Part shown: in pieces, positions 46,877 to 60,718 of the stretch
How the letters are laid out: each line of letters begins with the position of its first letter
Position numbering within the stretch: position 1 is the stretch's first letter
Source: Antedon mediterranea
Taxonomy: Eukaryota > Animalia > Echinodermata
NCBI RefSeq assembly: GCF_964355755.1
Contig: NC_092679.1
Location: forward strand, 19,079,432 to 19,143,431
DNA length: 64,000 nucleotides
Reading direction: 5' to 3'
The notes under the pieces: generated by a model
Told to the model about the DNA's origin: nothing
The model's input: the letters and a program-made list of their open reading frames with translations, nothing else
Databases searched by the model: none
Program-made: the position numbers and the translations under genes

Positions 46877-48934
46877 ATGACAGAAAACAACCATAAACAA
46901 CGCTTGATGGAGGAGCTTGCCAATGCAATAATTGGCTTAAAAATGACTGGGAGATTTGCTATTATCGCTACAGCTAGAATTGACCAGGAATGCTGGGAAC
47001 GTTTGTCCAAAAGCATATGGGAAATTGAATATCAAACCGGAAGTGCGTATGAAGGTATGCCTTGGGCAGTCTGCGGCGACGTTGACGTCATGATAGCTAG
47101 TTTTAACTATCCCATTGTTTTGTGCCAATCGCCAACTGAAGGCGAACAATATCGAGGAGGATATGTGATGGCTGAGAACAATAAAATGGAACCAGCGTTT
47201 CTAAAGCTTAAGGTAGTAGCTAAAGATACTGATTTATTACGAGCTGGTGTTGATAAAGATGGGTATCTGAAATGCAGAATTTTGCATGAAACTAGTAACC
47301 TTTTAAAAAAGGATACAGAAGTTCACGGACCATCACTAGCAACTTTCATTTCAAAAAAACATCCTTTAAGAGGAAATATGGACACAGTGCCATGCATGAA
47401 ATGCAAATCGTGGCCTTCTGTCACTCATGACTTTTTCACCAGAGAGAGGAAGAGCGACTGGCCATCTCAAGAGCTGTTAGGTAAAGTCTTAAGTTTAGGA
47501 TGTCTTGTTGTTGCTGTAGCGCACCCTGATAGCAAATCAAAGGATATAGAATGGAGATGGTCATTTTCCTTATCCGAAAGAAAAATCATTCAAGAAATCA
47601 GTGGGCCAATTGCTAATTGCATGTATGCTTTAAAGGTGTTGAAGAAAAAGTACATCGTAAATGATTCTGACAGACCAACGCCATTCTGTTCTTATTTCAT
47701 TAAGACGGCTTGTTTGTGGATGTGTGAAACATTTCCACATGAAGAATCTTACAGCGTCATGGATATGATCAGAAAAGTGTTAGATTGGCTCATTGAATGT
47801 TACCAGAACAGAATTCTGCCTCACTATTTCATTCCCAAACAAAATTTGATTGGTCATCTGCCAAGGAAAATTTGTGATAAGGTGGAAAGACAATTGAAAG
47901 AATTGAACAGCCCTGATCTTTGGGAATTTGTGATGTCCACTGTCGGTCATGGTCCGTTCGAACGCTATGCCATAAACTCGATGTGCAAAAACCTAAACAT
48001 CAGTGGAGTTAATAAAGTAGAAGACTACAAAACATTGGAAGCAAATCTGATATGTCACCCGAGGGCTGAAGAAGAGCTTGAAAAGGCTATTACCAACTTA
48101 CTCCCAGGAGGACCTCTGTACGACAACTATGAGCATGTAGAAATTGTGCAATGGGTACGACCAGAGATTCCGAGTTTACTTTTCGTTATCCGGACGTGCA
48201 TAGAAAACAGAATACACCACCCATCAGAGATTCTTAGAATGCCAGAAGAAATTATACTACCAGTAGTGAGTAGAATTGAAGACGTTGTACCTAAAGGGTA
48301 TGAGAAAATGTCTGTTCAGCGTTTGTACAGATATTTAGGTAATGTATACAATTATTTGTTGATGTATTTGCGGAAAAGAGAAGACTATGTGTCCGCTTAC
48401 GGATTGGATCTTTATAAGGAAAAACCGCTTAAATACTACCAACTTGGCGCTGAGATGGTTTTTCCCGACATGTGGAGTGACCAAGGAATTGGTGGCATAG
48501 CCCTTAAAATAATATATCATTATCAGAATGGGAATTATGATGCTTTGAAAGAGATATTTAGTGATAGTGAACAATATCTTCGTAACACGGCAGAAGGCGT
48601 GGATGAAATAAACCGGCACATCAGTGTATTAATAAACTCGAGCACGTTCTTAACAAAGTCTGCGTGGGAAGCTGACAATAAGCTGCTACTTCTTGGCGAA
48701 ACATTTTCAGTTGGGTTTGTTTATGTGCACCCAATCGCACTTGTATTTTATATACAGAGTAAGGTATCCTTACAGAATGGCGACAAAAAGAAGGCATCTG
48801 ATATTATAAGTTATATGGAGGAATGGTTGAAGCCAAATGAAGAAAGGTTTTCTGACGGACAGCTAATAGCAACAACTAAGTCATTGGTTGAAATTTTAAA
48901 AGAGGAACTGCAAAATGCAAATCTTTCAGAATGA
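46877..48934 (+). CDS. Mab21-domain nucleotidyltransferase, cGAS-like receptor (cGLR), 685 aa, single coding exon
   Basis: NTase signature QTGSAYEG...GDVDVM, a third acidic residue in DTVPC, and Mab21 motifs WPS, WRWSFSLSE, SYFIKTACLW and LPHYFIPKQNL. A ~330-aa C-terminal extension follows. Confidence 0.88.
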   Translation: MTENNHKQRLMEELANAIIGLKMTGRFAIIATARIDQECWERLSKSIWEIEYQTGSAYEGMPWAVCGDVDVMIASFNYPIVLCQSPTEGEQYRGGYVMAENNKMEPAFLKLKVVAKDTDLLRAGVDKDGYLKCRILHETSNLLKKDTEVHGPSLATFISKKHPLRGNMDTVPCMKCKSWPSVTHDFFTRERKSDWPSQELLGKVLSLGCLVVAVAHPDSKSKDIEWRWSFSLSERKIIQEISGPIANCMYALKVLKKKYIVNDSDRPTPFCSYFIKTACLWMCETFPHEESYSVMDMIRKVLDWLIECYQNRILPHYFIPKQNLIGHLPRKICDKVERQLKELNSPDLWEFVMSTVGHGPFERYAINSMCKNLNISGVNKVEDYKTLEANLICHPRAEEELEKAITNLLPGGPLYDNYEHVEIVQWVRPEIPSLLFVIRTCIENRIHHPSEILRMPEEIILPVVSRIEDVVPKGYEKMSVQRLYRYLGNVYNYLLMYLRKREDYVSAYGLDLYKEKPLKYYQLGAEMVFPDMWSDQGIGGIALKIIYHYQNGNYDALKEIFSDSEQYLRNTAEGVDEINRHISVLINSSTFLTKSAWEADNKLLLLGETFSVGFVYVHPIALVFYIQSKVSLQNGDKKKASDIISYMEEWLKPNEERFSDGQLIATTKSLVEILKEELQNANLSE

Positions 48935-49714
48935 TAAAACTACATTCACCTCCTTGATTTAATCCGATCTTTCAGGTGTATCTAATCACTTATGTTCAAA
49001 GAAGGAACAAGCAACATTTTTTTGTCATATTTTCCAGGAATGAAGTTAATGTTATAGGTCCATTATCCGGTCAATCATATTCCTCTGCCAGACTTTAATA
49101 TTGATATTATAAGTTAAGATTAAATTATATAATACCGAATTGAACGGCAGGAAATTCAAAAGCGTTGCAGTACAGTTCAGTTTTGTTCCTCCCACTGATG
49201 CCAGTCGCATCCAAGAGGCAGTCTTCTCTAGCATCCAAATATTATGCTGGGTCCGACTGTTGAAGGGCTTCCTTGACTGGGTTAGCTTCTTGGCTTGACA
49301 AGGATCGCACTGAAGGAGATTGCTTAATTTTGATCCATGGGTCACGATAGTATGGTTTTCGGGCTTGTGCAAAGTGCATTCGTTTTGTTAATGAGTAATT
49401 TTCAAATCAATCAACCAATTTCGTCTATCAGTATAAACGGACATTAACGAGTAAATTTGAACAGATGATGACAATTTAAAAAAAAATACAATTTCAAGAA
49501 AACATTTTAATGAATACACAAATTAATAAGCATTTATATCAAAGAAAATTGCCTGAATTATTAACCAAATTTACATATTGGTTCAAAGAAATGTTATTTT
49601 TATATCTAAAGTATGATAATTTCTTTCAAAATGTATGTTGTTGACGTCAAAATATAAACTTCAATTTTTTTTAAATTACAACCGTCTGCATAGTGTTTTT
49701 CGTCATTCAAATTA

Positions 49715-52288
49715 TTACCATGGTAATACAGAATGTCTTTCTAACAGTTTCTTGACATTATCTGCAGTCTTCCTTACCTAAATGATGAAAGACATAACAA
49801 AACATGTGAATCGTATTGAGGTCTCGGTTCTCTAAAACTTCCTCACTGTAACTTAAATCTTCAGTCAGTTGCACGCATTATTATTATATATAATAACTAT
49901 GTAGTGATGTAAGGACTTGATTAGGAGACATGATAATTATGGTGTTATCCATTACTAGTTATACTCACAGACAGATTTTGGTTTTGACAGTAAGAAGGCA
50001 AAACAAAGTACTTGGACACGTCATCCAAACCTTTGAAATTGTAATATCCAGAACTTTCTAATATGTCAGCTGTTGGAACAGAAGAATTAAATACGTTAGA
50101 ATCGTTGTAATTAAAGAGGCACGACAAAGGCCGGCAAATCGTCTTGACTCGTCTTGCATTGCATCCCGACAAGAGATCTTGAGATAGCGTCAGTCGTATA
50201 GTTTTTAAGGTCGTCGGGAGGACATGTTTAATTTTCTCCCGACCGACGTGACGACTATAACGCTAGTTTGTTTCGCTACGTGCATGCCTTTTTAACATTT
50301 AAAAGTACATATCTCTATTTGATTTTTGGGAATGAAATTCTAGCTTTCACAATAGTTAGTTTCATAATTATTTCTCAGTCGCCCTTGTCACTCTACGTGT
50401 TGCCCCACCCGACCTCTATACTCACTTTCTGGTACTCTGGTACTACTTTGTATTTGGTTGCCGTAGAAAAATGAAGTGACGGGAATACAATCGTCCGCCG
50501 TAACCGTGCTGGTGTACATACCGTTTAACGTAGCCGTGTGTAGCGGGAACGCCCATAGGTAGACAAGTTTATCGCCTGCGAACGTTGCCTGTCCGTCAAA
50601 TGTTGCATTATCTGAAAAAAAAAAACATTTGTCCATTCATTCATTCATTGAAACCTTATTTCTTACTGCTAGGCCTCTACTATTAGTAACTACCTTTCTT
50701 CGCTACACATAGTTTTTTATCTAATCGCATATAAAATGAAAGTGTGTGCTTTAAGAGTAAAAAGTCACTCTAGTTAACATTTCAATACGACAGAGTCTCT
50801 TCAATCGATTACAGTACATTATTTCAGACAGTTTCACTATAAACAACGAGTGACATTTTCAATCGTTTACAATTGGAGTACAGTACACTAACATTTTTTT
50901 TTCTAATATAATATTTACCTGGAACACATCGATTAATTTTATCTTGTGCTGGAATGGCCATCTTGGTACAGTGTTTTGCTAAAGGATCTATGACCCATTG
51001 TGTTTTCTATTATAGTGAACATTACACAAAATGTTAGGTAGTCTTAGGCATGTTGTATATTGAACACCATCATTATGCTGTATATTAGTAATAGAGTGTT
51101 GATTAATGGCAAGCGAAAGTTCAGATTATCCATTGGGATTTATCAAATTAGGTTGTCGCGTTTATTTAGTGGGTACCAAGTACAATGAAGGGCCGGGCTC
51201 AGTGGAGGAAAAGAAAAATTTCTTCGTGCCATATAATATTACGTACACAAATATGTTTAAAAACGATCGTTGAGTAGTGCGTACTATTGCACGTCATGTG
51301 ATCCACACTCGTCCAATCAAATGACAGTAATTTATTCAGGTGTTATATAATATAGATTACTGCATAGGAATTTATCATGATAATGAACAACAGCTCCATT
51401 TATAATATGCATATCGATGCGATAACATGGACCATAGTTTTCCATGCTAGATGGATTTATAGGCCTCTCCTGGGCAAAGTCTGCCTGCATAAGATACCCT
51501 GTGCTTTAGTTTCAATATTTGTATTTTGAAATGTAAATAAATAAATATACCTCTGTAAACTTTTGTACGATGATAGTTGTCGTTGTCTTCTCTTTTACAA
51601 CCGTGGTGACGTTCAGCGCTATTCGCGATTTCATGAAGTCGGCGACAACCCCCACACCCTCAGTGTAGTACCCGTAAGAACCGTCGCCCTGTACATAGCC
51701 AATAACTGCTTCTATTTAAAAAAAAATAATGAAAAATGTTTAGCCGATGATTGACGAAAAGACATTAAAAATCACATGGCTAAAGCCTTGTTCGCACTTG
51801 GATATTTTCACCCAGAGTTTTACCAAAATTTAACCGTGATGTTAAAAACGATTGACTCGCGTAGTGAATCTCATGTGTTACCCGGAATCGCACGTTCGGG
51901 TGGTTAGTACAGGGAGGTATCATATTGTTATACCTCCCTGGTTAGCATTACCGAGACCATGGTAAGTTCTAATGGACAGCCAGTGGTCGGTAAAAGTAAC
52001 CATTGGACTTGGTTAATTTAACTATGAGGAAATTGTAGCCAGGGTTTGGATGGAACTTCGTAACTTTATCCGATGAATGATTTGACCAAATAAAGTCCAA
52101 TGCGATTAGCATTAGTGTCTCGTATAGAAATCGTTTCAATAAAAAAAAAGTGTTTTGAATTATTATTTACCTTTTTCAAAGCTGCACATATCTGGTTTCA
52201 GACAACATTTTGGTGGAGGCTGGGCGCCGATCAATTCTACCACACAGCAAAGCAATAGAGTATAAATAGCGTGTTTTGTGAAATGCAT
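49715..52288 (-). CDS. Ependymin-related secreted protein 1
   Basis: Exons 52171-52288, 51551-51711, 50919-51006, 50426-50611, 49969-50069, 49715-49777. Signal peptide + PPPKCC, HCTK, RCVPDNATF, TVTADDCIP, YYNF...YFVLPSYC. Confidence 0.85.
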
Positions 52289-52939
52289 GTTGATTGTATG
52301 CTTACTAAGCTCGGATAGTTTGTACTTTATGATTGTGTCTACTTTTATGATTGCTTGTACTTGTTTTATGTTTGCATCTTGACTCATAGTTTATCACGTG
52401 TGTGCGTAATCAATTATTGATTGCCCTCAATACTGTTTATTTTATATTACATTGATATATGAATTTATTTTCCTTTCTGTTAGCCTGACTGTCTGTTTGT
52501 CAACCGGTGCGTAATTTTAAACCGTATTAAGCTACGTTCGCACTCGTTCCGAAAATTATATAAATAATATTGAACGGCGCTGTCTTTCGTTCCGATTGAA
52601 CGGAACACGACGTGTGAATGTACAATGTATAGATAAATAGTGTACGTTATCAGAGTTGTAGGCCTTAATAGCTATTCCGATCTTTTTAAGCATCTTTGTA
52701 ATGTTCATAAGAATAAATGAATAACAGTAGCCTAAAACTGACCAACAATTAAACAATACAATGAACTGCATACACATTTTTTGTTTATATTTTAACGACA
52801 TTTTATTAATTAAAAAAAACTTAAATTCGTATAAGAATACAGTAATAGCATGTTTGTAGTAAAATGATATTTTATGAAAATTATTATATTATATCGGTAA
52901 ACATTCACTCTGCTGGTGAGACCAGATATTTTGGACATT

Positions 52940-55743
52940 TTAAATGAAATATCTGTGTTTTAGAAATCGTCTCGCACCATCGATCGGTTTTGTCTAAAAA
53001 CGAAAGAAAGATTAAGAGTTTATGACATTATTATTGCGGTCATAGAAACTGACATTCATTTTGTTTTTATGTTTATAATTAATTTGGAACTCGAAACTAG
53101 AACTAGAAAAAGCTCAGAGAAAGTGACGCTTATACATATTTCACTGTTAGTTCATCATAAGTGGCAATTAACGCACACACGTAGTATTGTCTCCTTTCTT
53201 AAAAACGAAAAGGAAAAACTCTCTACAAAGATATTTCGTGTCAATCAGACAGGGGTTAATTGCACCTTGCGCTTGTTACATTACTGATGTAGAAATATAG
53301 AAAAATATGTATTCAATCGGCAACTTACCTCATAAGAACCACAGAACGACGGAAGTTTAAAATATTTCGAAACATCTGTCAGTGGCGTAAAATCATAGTA
53401 ACCCATTGTATCCATTATATCGACTGAAATGTATAAATCGATTATCAAATTAATATCGATTCTATGATATGATATGATATTTATTTTAATTCACTTCAAA
53501 CACGACACACAAAATTAAAATTGTAACATTGTAAAACAAAGAAATGAAACGGGGACAATAACAAAACAAGTAAAGCAGCTTTACAACTAGTGGTGCCCTA
53601 AATGTATACATCGATTATCAAATTAATATAAATGATATGATATGATATGATATTTATTTTATTTAATTTCAAGCACGACACAAACAAGTAAAATTGTAAC
53701 ATTGAAAAAAAAAGAAATGAAGCAGGGACAACCACAAAACAAGCAAATCAGCTTTTACAACTAGTGGTGCTCTAAAAGGAAAACAACAAATATATCTATA
53801 TATAACAGTAATAAGATGAAGTATAAGATTTGTATACTTGATCTGTATTATGTTATTCAATAACATCTGTATAATAATCAATAAATCAGCCAACCTTATA
53901 CATTTATAAGTCTACTATACCGGTTCACTATCAAAATATCGCCTCTTTTACCTTCTTGTCCAGAATTAGTGATCTTGCCAACATATGAGGTACCGGCTGG
54001 TAAGCAGCCCTTATCGGTGAGTGTAATCACAACTTGTCCATCTTGGATTGGTGATTTTATGGGGTAGTACCACATGTTAACCAATGTACCTCCTGAATAA
54101 GTGACTTGTTTTACGAAGTTAGCATTATCTGTAAATGATACACGTATTTTGTCGAATGTGGCGTTTCATAAATAACTACATTAAAAAAAATAGTACAAAA
54201 TTTAACTTTAAATTTAAAGACCCTGATTTAGTGTCCATAATAAAGAAATAATTACTGGACACCGGGAAGCATTTTGTTTTACAAGATATTGCGGCAAACG
54301 GTGTGAAAATTTAAAAAAAAATGGGCGAAAGAATGTAGGCCTGTAAAAGGCTGTACGTCTTACCTGGTACACACCTGACTGGCATTTGTTTACCTTCGGG
54401 GAACGGTACCTTTTGACATTTTTTTGTATTAAAATCAATATTCCACTCAACTTTCTACAAAAAAAGATATGAACATTATGCTAAAAACAGTATACTGTTT
54501 TAAATATTGTGTCCCACCATCAGTATATAGGAATCCCTTCTTTAGGACACAACTATTCTGTCTCTTTACTGTCAAACTAGATGATGATGCACCCAAATAT
54601 GGTAGTGATTTGCCCAAATTTGGTAGTGATGTGACATTATGTCCATGAGCATCACCAATATTTAGAGGACACTTTCCAGTCAAAGGACACCCTACGTATT
54701 CAGTGAACACTTTGATGGATCCTGAATGTGTCTTTTATAGGAGTTTCTAAAACAGTGTTTAAGGTACTGTGTTACACAGGCAAAGTATTGATAGATTGTG
54801 ATCTTAGTAGTAGGGTGTGACCCATAACCTCCCGAAACCAAGCCTCTCTTGATATTATTTCCTAACCTGTTCAAAGTCATCTATCACCATGGTGTACGAC
54901 ACGTTATTGTCTGACGTGTATGCCGTTGAGTTGTACATAAATCGCGATGTAGTGTAATCCACCACAGAGAATATCTCCTGCGATGATGCGCTGAATTCCA
55001 TGTCAGCATGCAAACCAAGAAGCGACCCTATAATGCAATCAACAATTGTAGTATTTTTTAGTTATTAATTCGTATTCGGAGGTGAATGTTAATATATTCC
55101 GAATTTGTGCCATGAGAGGGTCAGAGAGCCATGAGGGTCAGAGAGCCATGAGGGTCAGAGAGCCATGAGGGTCAGAGAGCCATGAGGCGATGCTGAGGAG
55201 GAATACAATTGGAGGAAGAAAAGGGGTGGCGGGGATTCCCTCAGTGGAAACATTTCCTAGACGATTTTTTCTGTTGTCACCTCTCTAATTATTCCAATAG
55301 GGCGTCGTCGGGGCATTTTCAAATGTTTTGTGTAGTCTGTTGCTTTCCAAAATCCTCTTATAATCTATCTATGTATCTTCCTTCCCACAATTAATGATTA
55401 ACGATAGATACATACAAGTTATCTTATTTGATACAACATATCTAAAATTGTATTCGAGTGTGTAGTCTTAGACTGTAAACATATTGGTTAAAAAATATAT
55501 ATTTTGGCACACATGACGTTTCATACGTATTATACTTGAGCTTGAACAGACAAAGATCGAAACGTCGACTGGTGGAGTGGATTAACATAAAACAAGACAA
55601 TAATATAGACTTGGTGAAAGTCTATCGAGGTGGTACATACCAGAAGTTATGGCAAACATGTTTTCTTTCAAACAACATTTGTCCTGAGCGGCGCTGCATA
55701 CCACCAGACACAAGACCACAAAACACGTAAAAAAGCGCGTCAT
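52940..55743 (-). CDS. Ependymin-related secreted protein 2
   Basis: Exons 55641-55743, 54867-55027, 54364-54454, 53952-54128, 53329-53423, 52940-52993. Signal peptide + DKCC, KCQK, RCVPDNANF, GCLP, YFKLPSFC. Confidence 0.85.
53437..53770. repeat. ~174-bp diverged tandem duplication in an intron
   Basis: ATCGATTATCAAATTAATAT...(GATAT)n...CACGACACA...TTACAACTAGTGGTGC is present twice. Confidence 0.75.
55116..55187. repeat. 17-bp minisatellite x ~4
   Basis: GAGGGTCAGAGAGCCAT repeated. Confidence 0.9.
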
Positions 55744-57014
55744 TCTGAATAACTATCTATAGTGTATCTTGCAACGCAGAAATCTCGGCTGATATGACCA
55801 GTAGGCCTAGTGTTTTGATAGATTTATACTGTTATTTGAAGTGCAACAACGCCAATGACAAAATGTGATTGGCGGAGATTCTTATATGTTAATCATGAGA
55901 TGATGTAATCGCTAAAAACGATAATTTTCGTCAACATAGGCCTACTCGTGTGGAAGTGTGTTGTATAAATATAGTTGTTTATACTGTATATTGTTATACA
56001 GTACAAACATTAATATCATCACTTTCTAATAGCGAATACATGACTCATAAACCCCTGAACCTTTCTCCATACGCCATACGGTCCAATGTACAAAATACGG
56101 GGTACTCGCGTGTATTTTTCGAGAAAAGTTTTTTAACAGTAACTGAGACTGAATTATCTGGCCCACTGTTGCTTCTCAAACTCTAAGCATCATTTGCGGT
56201 GTACTACTTCTTTTGTGGAGAGGAGGACAAATAGGTATACATGGTGGAGTTGACATGTGAAATTGTCCGATAATTATGTGTCAAAATTAAAAAGAAACGG
56301 TGGTACGGATTCAACCGTTACTTAGAACTATAGAAATTGTTTTTTTGGTTATCAAAGACTGACACACTACCTGATATTCTATTTACACACCATTCCCACT
56401 AAACAATGAGTCAAATAAAAATAAACATTCAACAGTTCAGCTGAGTGTACATAAACCAAGTTTATTTGAAAGACGTTCTTTTGGTTATCGTTGTATTTTT
56501 GTAATGGAAGCCTATATACACACTATACTTGCCCCAAGTCTGTAGTTATATTATACGTATGAAACGTCATATATGCCAAAATATTAATCTTTTTACTAAT
56601 ATTAAGTCAAAACTCCGTATCAGACTAACACAAACAGACGTTAAAGTTATGCAGTGTTGGTAAAAAAAAAGAATTATACACTAATGCACAGTTCTAAAAA
56701 GTGTACTGCCCTAAAGACTTTAATACCTGATGGATTACACATATATATTTAATAGTCTATGTATTTTTTTGTATTGCAAAAAAACATTTCTACTCGGTTT
56801 GTACTCGACTTGTACTCGACGTCGTTATTGTTTCTTGCTGGTCCGCACTATCAGATCACCACCGCCTCTTATATGGAACTTCCATATGGCGATCCCAGTT
56901 TTCAGATTATATGAGTAGAAATGTTGGTGCTATAGTGACACTACTATTTTACTTATATGTATGTATACTATTTCTTTATAATCAGCTAAATGAGTGATAC
57001 AGGTTTCTTGTTTC

Positions 57015-59211
57015 TTAAAAGAAACCAATTTTCATCAAACGTCTGGCGGCGTCCTTTACCTTTGGATGAATTGCCTGAAAGTAAAATTGAAAATATTATT
57101 AATGTTATCTGACGAGTATAAAAGTATCACTATCAAACTCATTTGACAAAAAAAAAGTTTGATGTGCCCAAATATGGTAGTGATATGACATCATCATGTC
57201 CATATATAGGCACATCACATTTTTGATGTCACATGAAGTTTGATAGTGTTGACAGAGCTTTAGGCCTACATTTAGTTCCGTAATAATTAAATGTGTTACG
57301 GTGAAAAGGTTCCTTACCTTGCTTGAATCGCAGAAAGACGGCAGCTTAAAATATGGCGATGTATCACTCAGCGTTTTGTAATTGTAATAACCAGCAGCGT
57401 ACAGAGCATCAACTGAAATTATTCATATAAATCAATAATCAATCAATATTAATCGATCAACCACCATGACTGGCTGATGAATGGTCAGTGGTATGGTATA
57501 TGGTTACATATACCATACAAGAATCCATAAATCCATACCACAAGAATCATAAAGATCAATAATTAATCAATATTGTCGATACAAACAAATCAATGGATTT
57601 GGTATCGATCATTCAATATTATACTGGCAGATAGTTGAATTTTTTCTAATCAAACAATCATTCTTCAGATAAGGAATTGAGCTCAAAGTATTTTATTTCC
57701 AATTAATTTTCTGTAAACTTTGACATTTAATTCAATTCAAAACTTTATCTATATAAACCGTACTCGTTAGTTAAGTGAATACATGATATTTGATAAACTA
57801 TATTATAAGTTACCTTCTTGTCCAGAAGAGGTTGTTGAGCCAACGAATGTGACTCCGGCTGTCAAACAATCCTCGGCTGTAACGCTTAAAGTAACCTGTC
57901 CTTTTTGCGTTGGTGTGTTTAGCTCCATGTTCCAAAAGTTAACCAGTACATTACCAGGGTAGGTCACTTGCTCGAGGAATGTTGCATCATCTAGAATAAG
58001 AGGAAATAAATTAATTTGACGCTTATGGCCTACCATACCAAAATATTACGTGTAACGTCATACTTGCAATAGTTTTAAACTCATGTTCATGAGAAATACG
58101 AGAATCGGATGACCTCGTAAGAGATGTAAATCCTCGATATACGCATATCTATGTTTAATGATGACAATATAACCGTCATCATTTTACTTAAGCTTGCTTC
58201 ACACTAGGACGCAACGCAAACGAGTTGACCAATGACAAGCGACAGTTCGGATAATCCACCGCTTGTGATTGGTCAAATCTCTTTCGTTGAGTTACGTCGT
58301 TGTGTTGCGTCTCTGTTGGAACCAATCATTACCTGGAATGCATCGTTGCAATTTACTACCCTCTGGTAAAGGTGCCTTCTCGCATTTTTTAGCCGTGAAA
58401 TCAATTGTCCACTCTGTGTTCTTAAAAAAAAAGTATATATATATAATATCATATGCTTCTTTCATGTCTCTTATATTTAAAAAGAAAATTGTTTATAGGT
58501 ATATGCCTCAACATAACACCCCCCCCCCCTCCCCCTAAAAAACATCCCTTCCGGATTTTCGATAGGAGGAAGAAGGCTTGAAAAATAATTAAGAAACCTG
58601 GTGACATAAGAAGGTATCCCCACCCCCATCCTGGATCGTCCTCTGTCAATATAGGCCTACCTGTTTGTAGTCATTGATAGCCATCATGTACGTTGTGTTA
58701 CCCTCCACATAGAGAGTCGTATTTGCCATGGATTTGGATTGTATAAAATCAGCCACAGCGAAAACATTGTTTCCAACAACTCCGTTGTAATCTCCGGTAT
58801 GGTAGCCAGTAACTGACCCTAAAGGAAAAAGCAGACGTTGTTCTAAGTGACTGTATCTCGTGGTCAGCAGCCTGCTGCACATCACATAGCTAACATCAAA
58901 TAGAAAGGCGAGAGTAGTAATAGATCCATGGGTTACTTTGGTTGGTCATAATGGGTGTGTGAAGGAGGGAGAACCAATAATTACCCCCGGCCCTTGTTCT
59001 ATTTGCCTTACACTGTCCGGACCCAAAACTAACTAAATATACCGTTTATAAACCTTACTTATTTACCCATGTAATAAAAACCGGGATATCTCTGCCGGTA
59101 CCGGTACTTACCAGAAGTCGCGGCAAACATTTCTTGTTTAACGCAGCATTTTTCCTGCTGAGCCAAACTGCAGACAGCCAAACACAAAAATATAATACAC
59201 GATCGCATCAT
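57015..59211 (-). CDS. Ependymin-related secreted protein 3
   Basis: Exons 59112-59211, 58661-58818, 58333-58420, 57814-57990, 57318-57412, 57015-57074. Signal peptide + EKCC, KCEK, RCIPDDATF, SVTAEDCLT, YFKLPSFC. Confidence 0.85.
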
Positions 59212-59797
59212 TGTCGACGTATAGTCTAGTAAAACACAGTATAAACTATATCAAGTGGACTGCAAAATGTGTTGATGCTTAGAGTGGAGGTTTAAGCAAG
59301 TCTATATAAGAGGCCTATATTATAGCAAGGTGCTTTTATAGGTACCTGTCGTGTCATGAGACTTGTGTATTAGCAGGTCACGCTTTACAAACAACCACCG
59401 TCAACCATAAAGGAAGCGATTACGTCATTTGCTAAAATTAATTTTCATAAGACCATGTGATATGGCTTAACAAATAAATCGATTGAGCGTGAATTCACAG
59501 CCGGTGTTGCTGTCCTTTGAAAAGGAACTCCAGATACTTTACAGAGGTCATTAGGTATAGGTCCGGGATTGTCCGATAAACCAGACAAGATCCGTCACGA
59601 GACTGGGTTCTAAGCGTTAAACAACATGTCCACGTCGTAATAAATAACCAAATATAGCAAAGATATCACGTGTCATTTAATTAATAATCCCTCATGTGAC
59701 TTGCATTTAATGACATTACAAAACTATTAGATTATAGATATATACTTTCATTGTAAATTACTGTTTAATGTGTCTAATAATGCTGCTTTTACTTTAA

Positions 59798-60394
59798 AGG
59801 ACAGGTGCGGGCAAAAAAATTCTATTGATCATACATTCCAATAATTATCGATCTATAGTTTGCCCTATGTTTCATAATTTTTGGGATTTTATTTGTGTTA
59901 CACAATCGCTTGTTGAAAATAAGCACTTTCATATCAGTGGGGGGATAGTTCAAATTACACAGTAAAATCTCTATTCTTTTGTACACAAATTTTGTAAATA
60001 GAGAGGCATTTTAAAAAGCTATGAAAAATAAATGGTGTGGTAAAAAATGTTATCAGATGACTAAATATAGGTAATATAACTTGAATATTACATTTCTGAT
60101 ATTTTTATTCAACTTCAGATTTTTATTTTCATGCTATAGCAAAAATTATCCACCGTATATCCACCATCTTTTTTCACCGTCTAGGGAGTCACCAGACATG
60201 TTATTACATTAGATTTAACTACCTAACTACTGAAAAAAAGTCTTCCTGGTTTTTATGGAAGAATTTTGCCAAATTTTGTATTTGACCATATTAAGGGAAA
60301 TTCATGTTTTTTCATCTCGATTTCTGTTACAAATATTTGATTTATGTACAATTAACCAACTATTAAATTTAAAATTCATGCCTGTACCTGAGCT
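59798..60394. mobile_element. Kolobok-like element, second copy
   Basis: Near-identical to 40649-41242. TTAA on the left; TTTTAA on the right. Confidence 0.82.
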
Positions 60395-60531
60395 TTTTAA
60401 CGCATTATTGAACCACTATGGACATCATTGATTTAGTATTGAAAGTGTAACTAGTAAAGACAATAAATAAATACATTAATTTGCATTCGCTATATTGTTA
60501 ATAACAAGATCAACCAATATTTATAGTTTTA

Positions 60532-60718
60532 AGCGTGGTTCCCATGCTAGAACGCAACGCAGCGACGTATCGATCACAAATGGGAACCGACGACGCAATA
60601 GTGCTGCAAATATCGCAGGTTTGATTTCACGCAGGCGGGGACAAACACAATTATTGGAAGGGAATTTGCTTATGTTGCGTAGGTTGCGTTACGTTGCGTC
60701 GCAAGTGGGAACCAAGCT
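60532..60718. mobile_element. Harbinger-type MITE family 2 (TTA TSD)
   Basis: TTA-AGCGTGGTTCCCA...TGGGAACCAAGCT-TTA with CGCAA subrepeats. A degenerate relative lies at ~58190-58327. Confidence 0.7.

Noticed and set aside
15312-48934. Functional link between the dsRNA-forming Foldback and the nearby cGLR
   Set aside because: Proximity is the only evidence; eukaryotic neighbours 20 kb apart need not interact.
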